From contig CM022679.1 of the NCBI GenBank assembly GCA_012295275.1, positions 5,952,001-6,016,000 of the forward strand: DNA of 64,000 nt. Direction: 5' to 3'. Numbering within the stretch: the first letter of the stretch is position 1; every line of letters starts with the position of its first letter. Of this stretch, positions 53,678 to 64,000 are shown one piece after another. The stretch comes from Chrysomallon squamiferum (lineage: Eukaryota; Animalia; Mollusca). Position numbers and translations under genes: made by a program. The notes beneath the pieces are model-generated. The model had not been told where the DNA came from. It was given only the letters and a program-made list of their open reading frames with translations, and ran no database searches.

Positions 53678-56600
53678 TAATAATTTTAAAAAGCCCCAAA
53701 AAGCCAAATAAAAACAACATAAATTATGGTACTTTGTGTTATAATGTCTTCTAAATGAAAACAAATACACAAACATATTATTTCCGCTACTCAAATGTTT
53801 GTACTCTGTCTAAATACTTGTATTTCATTTGGTTCCTGTGGTAAGTGGCTTTTGCTTTCAGTTTATTATGATGGTCAGGAAATTAATGAACAAATTCAAA
53901 TTTCTCACACTCATACTGTTAGATATAATTATGTGGCTGGATGGAAGGATGAATTTATTTTTCATCATAGTAATTTTTTACTGGTCAAACGACTCTGTAT
54001 GTATTGTGTGTGTGTGTGTGTGTGTGTCTGTGTATCTTTATATGTGTGTTTTTTGTCATGTATATTTTTATGTAAATATATTTATAAATTGTATGCATTT
54101 TTACATTTTATTATGTTTGTGTGAGTGTGTATAAGTAACATGAAATTAATAGGTTTTTTTTTTACTTTTATTTACAAATAAATGTTCTTTTTCAACTGTA
54201 TGTTGAAATAACCTTTTCAGAGTGGGACCAAGAAAAGTTGGTAGTGTTTGTGAATAGATCTTTGTTGTTTATTACATTAATATTATACATTTTAATTCAT
54301 TGCACAATATTCTTACGAAACCTGATCAGGGTACAGCAAGAAGAAGAGGAGGGTAGTGTCTTCCTGGTTCATTGTTCGGGTTTATAAATATTAATGCATT
54401 GTGTCTTTAAGTAACCTGAACAAGAGGGTTATAGTTAGTGACCCAGTTCATGACAGAGGGAAACTGATTTTTGTTATCAAAACTTTTAGTGGTAGTAGTA
54501 GTAGTACGTGAGTGATGACTTAGCATCAGTAATGTGGTATTGAAACCATGATCTCAAGGGTGGAGTGTTTTACCAGTGTAGCGTGAGTGGTATTGTATCG
54601 ACATCACGACTTGATGAAAACGGTGATCACGATTTGTATTGACTGTTTTATAAGTACATATGACTCAGTCTGTTTTTCTAATGCTTGGTTAACAAAAGAC
54701 AGCCATTAACATGTACAGAAATGTTAGAACTAGATCTAAAAGGAGAAAATGTTTTTAATTTTTTTCTTCCATTTCATAAATACATGTATATGCTTTTTTC
54801 TCTTTTTTTTTTTAAAAAAAAAAAAATATTTTCCCCAGTGTTAATGAAGTAAAGAGAATTTAATCAAAGTCTGTAAAGATAAAGTTGTACTTAATACAAT
54901 ATCATGTATTACCTGTTTTTGTTACCTTATTTTACGTGTGCATAGCATGACTTTAAATTTGAGTTAACATTGGGAAGTTTGATTTTACTCTGTTTAACAA
55001 GTATTATAGTTTTTTGTATTTTTTAAATTAATTTTTTATAATAATTTCAGTTTATTAGCAGTATTTTTATTTTTGTATATGATTTAAACATTTTAATATT
55101 CTAATAATTTTGAATTAAATGTTTTTATTATTAATTCAGTTAATGATGATTTCATGTATATAATTTAAACTCTTTTTAAATTTATTATTTTTCATGGGTT
55201 TAATTAAAATGATTTTTTTTTCTTTAAAGCTGTGTGTATTAATATTATTAACAAATTAAACATTTCATTAAAAAATTAATTATTCTCCACTTTGCTATAA
55301 GCCACCAAATTTTTGTTTAATCCTATATCTATTTCCTATTATTATTACTGTTGTTGTTGTTGTTGTTATTTTTATTATGTTCAGTTTCATCATTTATGTA
55401 TTTTAATTTTTTTTTTTTTTTACCAACTATTCACTTTATTTTTATCTTTGTTCACAATATCAATTTTCAAATGTCACACTGTCTAAGTTAATGTTAAAAT
55501 GTGTTGTTAAAAATGCATTAATTCAAGTAAAGTATTAAATTCTTTCTATTAAAACATAAACTAATCCTTTCTCTGAAAAATATTGTTATTTTACATCCTG
55601 TTTGGATGAATTAATGTGTGTATGTGTGTTTGTGGTGTATATGTCTTTAACATTTGAATATTTTGGATTTTTATGTAGTATAGCTTTAATTTATCTTAGG
55701 ATTTGTGGTGATTGTACATATAATTATTATTATGTGAATTTTATATGCAATAATTTAAGATTATTGTTTTAAAATTTGTTTTTATCAGGTTGTTTTTATT
55801 ACAGTATATGCAAGCTGTTGCAAGAGTAATATAGAATCTGACCTAACTGAAAATCAGTATTGATTTGTTCCCAGTATAAACAGATGGTATTGTGTATCTG
55901 TAACATATATTAATATCTCACATAGCTTGACCTACTGGTCTAATTGCCAAAGTAAACAGACAAACATTATTATTCTTTACTTAGCTGGACTTTGATATGG
56001 TAGGTTGCAGGATCTGTTCTCCACAGTGTAATGATTGGGCTAATTCCCATTCCAATAACTGCTCCATAGATTTATCCTGGTTCACTAAATTTCATCTCAA
56101 ATGAGAAGCCTAACCCACATTCTTCCCTTTCTTTCTTGCTAGCCCCACAGTCTACAGTGTTTGTTTCTGCTAAACTTGATTATCATGTATACTGGAGCAA
56201 CTCATTGCTAGAAGCTTTACATGACAAAAAAGAAGATTTGTTTCTTTCCATTAACAGACATCTCTTTGTTTTTATGCCATCTTTACCAACTTGGGAAACC
56301 ATTTTAAATATTCTGATTTTTTTTTTTTTTTTTTTATTTTCTATTTTCTATCTAATCTTCAGTCTTAAAAGTGTATTTTTAATTTTTTTTTTATGTCTTT
56401 TAAAATGTAAATGTGATGTAATTCAGTTTAAATAATTGTTTTAAAATTAGTTTAAAGTTTATAATTTAAGTTAAATAAATTAAACTCCCATTTAATTAAA
56501 TTTATTTTTGTAACTGCTTTAAGTAAATGTTTCATACATTTTTATAAATATTTTTAATAAAACATTTATTAAAAATTACAAAGGCAAAATTTGTACACCT

Positions 56601-57344
56601 CAAGACAAAACATAAAATACAACAAATTTATCAAACATTTATTTTTTATTTATTACTTGTATTTAAAGAATAAAATTTATGAAAATTATTTGAATTATTA
56701 AATTTATTTATGCAATAGTTTAAAAAAAAAAAATTATATATTAATATTTAATATTTATATACCAAATTATTTTGTAATAATTATTTCTGTATTTATTTTG
56801 TTTTTATTTATAATTTATTACTATTATTATTTTTATTTTCATAAATTTATTTATTTATTGTATGAAAACAATAAGACAAAGTATCAAAACCTGTAAATAT
56901 ATTTCAGTTAAATGTTGACATTTATTTTTTCTTATAAATTAAAGAATATTTAAAAAAAAAAAAATTAAAAAAAAAAAATTTATAATAAAAATATCCAGTT
57001 TATTATATATATAATGTAGTACAATTATTCTCATTTTTATTATTTACTTTGTTTTACCTTCAGGATTTGAATCTCTTGATAATAAAAATATTCAGTTTAG
57101 ATATATATAATGTACTATAAATATTTTTATTTTGTTATTTACTTTGTTTTACATTCAGGATTCTCTCATCATTACTATTACCTTTCGGGGGGGGGGGCAG
57201 TAATATTTTTTAAATGATATTTTTCTTACTTTTTATTTCACCTTTGATATTGTAATACAGTTCTACATGATAAGTTTTATAAATGAGATCAAAGAATTTC
57301 AACAGTTTTTCAAACATGTATTTTGTTTTTATTAACTAAATGTT

Positions 57345-57435
57345 AAATAAATTAAATATTATATAAAATAACTAAATTAAATATTATATAAAATAACTAA
57401 ATTAAATATTATATAAAATAATCAAATTAAATAAT
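57345..57435. repeat. 25-bp tandem repeat, about 3.5 copies
   Basis: aaattaaatattatataaaataact repeated. Confidence 0.8.
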
Positions 57436-57589
57436 AGATATTGGTAAAATAAATACATAAAAGAATATATATTTTAATATTTGCAATTTGCTTTATATAA
57501 CAAAGTTATTTTTTTAATCTGATGATTATTCAGACTTTGCTTAATTTTGTAATTACTTAATGGATATTATATAATGTGTACAGTTTGTT

Positions 57590-58555
57590 GTTAACATTAT
57601 ACAATTAGTTAATCATTATTATTAACACTATGCAATTAGTTAATCATTATTATTAACATCATACAATTAATCATTATTATTAACACTATGCAATTAGTTA
57701 ATAATTATTATTAACATTATACAATTAATCATTATTATTAACACTATGCAATTAGTTAATCATTATTATTAACAAATTTAAAGAGAAGAAAGCATAGAAA
57801 ACTCTTGTTTTTGTTATAGTTTGGATCAGATAGCACAAATTTCATCAATTTATCAAATTGTTTTTGTAATATAAAACATTTTGAAAAAAAAAAAATCATG
57901 TAAGTTGTTTAAAAACTGATAACATGTTGGAAGGTTGATGATTTAAAAAAAAAGTGAATAATCAAAGTTGTAGAATGTATACATAACTGTGTGTGTGTGT
58001 GTGTGTGTGTTTATGTGTATGTATGTATGTATGTATGGTTGTATGGTTGTATATATATATTGATGCATACATGTGTGTGTGTGTGTGCATGCATGTGTGC
58101 AACTTAACACCTTTCTTACAGAGTAGATAAAAACCTGTAAGTCTGAGTATTTTATTAACATAGATTTCACCTGTTGACTTAAGTGCTTTCTGTGATAAAA
58201 AATATACATGCAGATAAAAACATGCATTAAAATAAAAAAATATATGTATATCTGTCACACATTAAAAGAATATTTTAGTATTAAAATCTATATTTACACA
58301 AAATGTTTGATGAAATATATTTTTCACACAAGTAATAGAAACAACCTTTCAACATGTTAACAATTTTTAAAACTTAACTAATTTTTTTTACTCAAAATAC
58401 GGTTTACATTAAAAAAATAATTTGATAAATTGATGAAATGGGTGCTGTCTGACCTAAACAGTAACAAACAATTCAGAATTTTCTACGGTTTCTTTCCTTT
58501 AAATTTGTTAGTAATAATGATTAACTAAGTCCATTGTGTTAATAATAATGATTAA
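57590..58555. mobile_element. Foldback/MITE-like element: long degenerate inverted arms with tandem repeats at the termini
   Basis: About 57752-57940 pairs with 58340-58529 (e.g. ttcatcaatttatcaaatt / aatttgataaattgatgaa; aacatgttggaaggttg / caacctttcaacatgtt). The left end is an array of 28-32-bp units (caattagttaatcattattattaacactatg) that recur inverted at 58510-58555. Confidence 0.6.
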
Positions 58556-58794
58556 TATTAAGAAGTACATTTTAAAAATAAATAATGAAATATATAGATG
58601 CCTGAATTGATGAAATAATTTAATATAATAAATATTTATTTAATACAAACACACACATATTTTACTAATATTATGCTTTTAAAATAAAAATGTATTTTTT
58701 TACAAAATATCTTATAAACTCTACATTTTATACATGCAGATATTATATTGAAGCATAATCATCTAAAAGGTATAATATAAAACATTAATCGCAT

Positions 58795-58915
58795 ATATAT
58801 GTAGATAAAACATAGTTTAATATCAAGAAATACAAAACATATAAAATATGTGTAGATAAAACATAGCTTAATATAAAGAAATAAAACACAAAACACATAT
58901 TTGTAGATAAAACAA
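58795..58915. repeat. About 51-bp tandem repeat, 2-3 copies
   Basis: tgtagataaaacatag.ttaatat.aagaaata.aa...caaaa units. Confidence 0.65.
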
Positions 58916-59395
58916 GGTGAACTGGAGAAATGTAAGATTAAATGAGCTAATCACTTTCTATAGATAAAACAGGTTTGTGCTATCTAAACGAAGGCTTTGT
59001 TATCGGTTTGTTTTAGTGTTAAGACAAGTCCCATTTGAAATCAGCAAAGTGGAACTGAACTCACTTGGGTAGTAGGATACACTAGCTTCTGGCTTGTGGT
59101 TCTGGGTGAATGCATCTTGAGAGAGAGGTGAAAAGCTTATTTCTCATTGGAGTACAGTTTAAAAAGGAACAGACTTGAGGTAAAAGCCTCAGTATAAGGT
59201 GTGATATAACTTTCTGTATTACACTACTGCAGTAGTGTGTCAGCTGGAAGACAAAACAATCAATATCATATTGTTGTGGACTTTGTAAAGAGTTCTCCAA
59301 CTAGTATGTAAACTTTTTTTCAATTTGCTCGTGACTGACACAGAGTTGTTGTTGTAACTAAATCCAGTAAGTGAACAAGGCTGGGATTGCTACTG

Positions 59396-59442
59396 TATAA
59401 ATAACATTTTGGTCTCACACAGTCCAGGCAGGAAGTTCTGAG
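59396..59442 (+). promoter_or_regulatory. Candidate internal TATA promoter and short non-coding leader exon for isoform C
   Basis: TATAAATA at 59396-59403, Inr-like CAGTC about 25 nt downstream, donor GAG|GTAAT at 59442, then a roughly 120-nt intron to the acceptor just before ATG 59568. Confidence 0.4.
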
Positions 59443-59567
59443 GTAATTTAATTGGAATAAGTAAACAGACAAACTTCTGATTTTCTGGGTAAATTTTAAA
59501 ATGGTGAAAAGTACTTGTTTACAAGTGCATTAACTTACTACGTGTTAATTTTATCTTGTAAGACAGA

Positions 59568-60163
59568 ATGGAGAGACGTCATTACAACAAAAACACTAGA
59601 AATTCTGGTTATTACAATGAAGGTTATAGACAAAGTTATGACCCAGACATTCAACCAGATTATGATGATACAGAAAATGTTAGGATTGACCAGGACTATG
59701 AAGGATACTACAGTCATATTAGGACTGGTTCTGGTGAATATGACAACAGTTTCCATGGAGATACGAGAAATCAGAACATTATGGACAGAATGCCTAACAG
59801 AAATGGTTTTGGTGGGCAAACAAGAAAACCTAAAATGAACTTGGCAGACCAAAATATTCGAGGTCCATACAAGAAAAATGAAGATGATGTGGATAATGAT
59901 TCAGTGCAAACAATAGACCTTTCTGGCCTGGAAGACAAATCAGTATGGAATGTACTGCACACTGTTCGACTGAGGAGAAAAAGCAGAAAAAGCAGTTCGA
60001 AAAGAAGGAATATCATAGAAAATGGCAAAGTTGCCACAGATGACCATGATGATGATGATGACATGTTGCCAAGTCTGCAGCTGAGACAGAAACCAAAAAC
60101 CTTGCATGAACGAATGTTGGATGCTAAAGAACAGTCTCTGCGGGAGGTTGCTGATGTTCTGAG
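59568..60163 (+). CDS. Probable TMC gene, large alternative N-terminal (isoform C) or cassette exon
   Basis: 198 codons of complex hydrophilic sequence MERRHYNKN...IMDRMPNRN...VWNVLHTVRLRRKS...LRQKPKTLHER...ADVL(R); donor AG|GTATT at 60163 (phase 2, same as 50183); tandem acceptors AAG 59560-62 and CAG 59564-66. Confidence 0.7.
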
Positions 60164-62613
60164 GTATTTCATACAAATAATATTTGGAGAAATTTTACAG
60201 TAAAATAGCATATGTACATCATACACATATACACAAAAAATAACACACCTTATACTCACTTGAAGATGACCATCCATCCATCTATCCATCTGTATATCTA
60301 TCTATCATATCTATCTTTGCACACACACACACACACACACACAAACACAAGTATAATTATTAATATATTATAATAATAAAAGTCTTGAAATGATACTAAT
60401 AAAAATGTATTTGAAAAATGTTCTGATGGAAAGTTAACCACTAGTGTTAATAACGGTAAATGTCAAGTTTTGAAAAGAAAATTAAAAAAATTAGCAATAG
60501 TGAGAGATGAAAAAGAAACAACATGAAAGCAATATACATTTATAGCCAGTTTTATAACTGTTATTTAGTGATAAGATCATTTTGTCTCAGCAGTTATAAA
60601 TTTCACTAATGTTTTAGTACCAGATCATATAATATTATGTATCTAACAGCAGGATAAGAAAAAGCACTCATCTCAGCCCAAGCTATCTACAGTATACACG
60701 TTGGCTTGGTAAATGTATGTTGTTTCTTGTATATGGGAAGGTGATTATAAAAACATCACTTATTGCTAACCAATAAGAATAAAACATGAAATAGTAGAAG
60801 AAAATTATTATTACAACAGTTAAGGTTAAAATATCACTGCATCATTTCCTACACTTTTTTTTTTTTTTAACAATTTTCTTTACAGTTTTATTATTTTCCT
60901 TTTTTTTTCATCAGATATGTGGAAAACAGTAATAACACCAAAACAAAATGTTAAAAAAGAAATAAAACCAATAAATTTACAACATATTTACGTGTGGTAC
61001 AAACACTTTTCATAGAAAACATGATGTTCGTGTATAGTACAGTTAAAAATATTTGTGTATTGTGTTTGTACCAAGGATAGTGTTACCTAGGCTTACTGCT
61101 TTTGTTGTCTGTATGAGCATAAAAAGGGAGTTTAGGCCTGAAGTGGTCCAGAGCATTTAATGAATGACCAGCCATCTTGCCCTTCAGAACAATATTTGAT
61201 GTAGTCCAAGATACCTTTGTTAAAATAAATTAAAGATTATTTTTATAGTATTTAAAAATGTCTCTATATCATTGTTTTTCTTTCTTTCTGTATGTATGTA
61301 TAAGAATCATGATAATGATTACAATGGTAACAGAATGTCTGTTCTAAATATGTTTGTCATCTGAACATTGACAGTGGCATACAACAAACATTCAGATGGA
61401 CTCTATTAAATGGTGGATTTTTTTAGTTTTAAGAAAACTAAATGCAGTGGATGCATCATAACGTTCAAAATAAATTCTTAAAACTTAAATGTATATTTTA
61501 TATTGTTTTGATAAGCTGGATTACACTTTTATTTAAATTTACATTTTCTTAAATGGATGTTTAATAGATTATGATTTTATATTTTTGTATGTGAAATATT
61601 ATTCTATTCATCATACAGAAATTACATATTTCATCAAGTACTAAATAACATTGATAAATGTTAACTATACAGGTAACTGAAACCATCTTTAAGTTTATTG
61701 ACTTTGAGATCATTTTACTTCACTATAATTTATGACATGGCAGCCCAGAAAGATTGATTTAATTTAGTCCACCATATGGCTGCATTCAACAAAACAAAAT
61801 TTAGAATTGTTTATACATAAAAAGCCATCCCATTAAAAAAAAAAAAAAAAAATGAAATAAATATAATCAAATAAATAAATTTAAACAAGTATATTTTGAT
61901 GAAAAGATGTTTTATGAACTGAATTCCAGAATGTGACCGTATCCATAAGGATGCATTTGCTTTAAATCAATTTTTAATGTTTCCTTAATTATTCACAATT
62001 GGATTGGGGGGGTTGTTGGATATTTAACCCCACAGAAATAAAACAAAAATAGAAAAGGTCTGCTATTGTCTGCCATCAATATTTAAGTCTTCTTTACTGT
62101 GTAATACAGTTATATATTATATGTACAGGTGTTTGTACTGTACAATATATATATACCATTTAATTTGTATTTTATCTTTTTTGACTAAAATACATAGCTT
62201 TTATGAAATCAGAATGAAATTAGTTTATGTAATACCCCTTCTCAAATGTCTAGGCCAATCCCTTAAGTGTATATTATTTATCAGACTTGTGATATTTTAT
62301 CTGCTCTATATTTATTCAGTCATAGGAATGATGCAGTTGTGTAAATTAATCCATCTTGTCTTTTCTGAAATGAATGATATATGGCTTGCCTTGAATTTTG
62401 ATAAAAAATTGAATTTATTATTTGAAATTTGATTTACATTTTTGGGCTCTGAAGTTGAACTGACATGCAGACACCATTGTTATCTTCTTCACTGGGTTTA
62501 TTTTTTACATGCTTGAGTGATATGGATATTTAATAATGCATACATACAGTTTTATGTTTATGCACATATTTTATCATGAAGAGATAGGATGTTATTATTG
62601 TGCTGTACCAGAG

Positions 62614-63607
62614 TTCATGACTGATTTCAAAAAAATTGTTTAAACAAATTGCTTTAGAAACAAGCTAGTAGATCATAATAGAAAGGTAGACTGAAAAAAA
62701 GGTGAAAACAGTTTCCAGTGTATGAAGAAAATCTAATCCTTACATTAAAAAGATGATGATGATAATAATAATAATAATAATAATAATAATTACAATTAAG
62801 TTTATTCTTAATATTTTACTTTACATAATTTTTCTTCACTAAGATTTCTTAGTTCTATTTTATTTCATATTTATTTTATTATACATGTATATGATTATTT
62901 GCATTTCAGAAAAAAATATTTTACTGATACATATGAAAAACTATATTCAGATGTAAATTGAAATGGTTTTGTTATTTTTATTAAATAATAAATCTTTTAT
63001 CCAACAGAAATATGTTATCAACATGTATTGTGCAATACCGGAGTTAGCAAACAACCAGAGGAGTCATACTGTTAAAGTTATGATCCTGGTCAAATAAAAA
63101 TGTGGAACACTTCAGATTTGTTAAGTTTATGACTGATAGCAAAAGGCATGTTTAAACAAGTAGCTTTAGAAACAAGCTAACAGATCATAATAGAAAGGTA
63201 GACTGTTACACCTGAAAAAATGGTGAAAACAGTTTCCAGTGTATGAAGAAAACCTAATCCTTACATTAAAAAGATGATAATAATAATAATAATAATAATA
63301 ATAACTATTATTAGATAGTTTAATAAACAAAGCAACTGATTGTTGAAAAAATGTCATGAATGTGTGTGTGTGTGTAAATGTGTCGAATAAGTATATTTTT
63401 AAAATTTTACTTTACATAATTTTTCTTGACATTTTGTAATTCTGTTTTGTTTCGTATTTATTTTATTATACATGTATATGATTATTTGCATTACAAATTT
63501 TTTTTTTACTGATACATATAAAAAACCATATTCAGATGTAAAATGAAATGGTTTTGTTATTTTTATTAACATCCTCAAAAATATAATATTTTATCCAACA
63601 GAAATAT
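62614..63607 (+). repeat. Local direct duplication (about 400 bp and 480 bp copies)
   Basis: 62614-63012 and 63128-63607 share gctttagaaacaagcta...ggtgaaaacagtttccagtgtatgaagaaaa...(AAT)n...tattcagatgtaaa...ttttatccaacagaaatat. Confidence 0.85.
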
Positions 63608-63720
63608 ACATTGTCTAACCATTGTCCTGCAGCCCACATTCTATATTTTAAGTTGTCATAAAACAAATGTTTATTAATTCGTTAAAGTAGACATTTAAGA
63701 ACTGTTATTCTTTATTTCAG

Positions 63721-63772
63721 AGACACTTTTCATAAGGATGGTGTCACTACTATGAAAAGACATGTATTTCAG
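63721..63772 (+). CDS. Probable next exon of the TMC-like gene
   Basis: Strong acceptor ttctttatttcAG, donor CAG|GTATT; open when entered in phase 2: (R/I)DTFHKDGVTTMKRHVFQ, exits in phase 0. Confidence 0.5.
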
Positions 63773-64000
63773 GTATTTATACAGCATTGTCTTTATTGCT
63801 TTTGCTAATGATATTAATATTGTTATTGTTATTGTTTTATTGTTATTATTATTTTTATTTTATTTTATAATTATTATTGTTACCATTGTTACTATTATTA
63901 TTTTTGTTGTTGTTCTTACTTTGTTATTATTATGTGTGCTATTAATATTATTATTTTGGTTTTTTTTTAAATTAAATCATTAGTCATGGAATCGACAAAA

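Noticed and set aside
59515-60289. Overlapping ORFs 59515-59838 (+), 59538-59852 (-), 59771-60289 (-), 59940-60176 (-)
   Set aside because: Shadow frames of the real exon 59568-60163.

Overview
AT-rich (roughly 70%), microsatellite-dense invertebrate animal genomic DNA with spliceosomal introns; a mollusc or other lophotrochozoan is my inference, not something the sequence proves. Most ORFs in the supplied track are low-complexity artefacts. Manual exon reconstruction supports three genes. (1) The 5' end of a minus-strand type II transmembrane collagen of the MACIT family (COL13/23/25, col-99-like), exons 24553-24807 and 23204-23270; no Gly-X-Y exons were found in the window. (2) A complete 3-exon, 147-aa GPI-type Ly6/three-finger gene closely resembling Drosophila boudin (minus, 39370-41941). 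(3) The 5' part of a plus-strand gene, probably TMC5/7-like, arranged head-to-head with the Ly6 gene and with three candidate alternative starts (ATGs at 44981, 46151, 59568), only one of which carries an acidic dileucine sorting motif. The left 18 kb, probably inside MACIT intron 2, is strongly CpG-depleted and holds decayed spliced coding remnants with stops or frameshifts (tentatively BBS10-like chaperonin and Mab-21/MiD51/cGLR-like). There are also MITE/foldback-like inverted repeats, minisatellites and local duplications. Family assignments come from remembered motifs; no database search was run.
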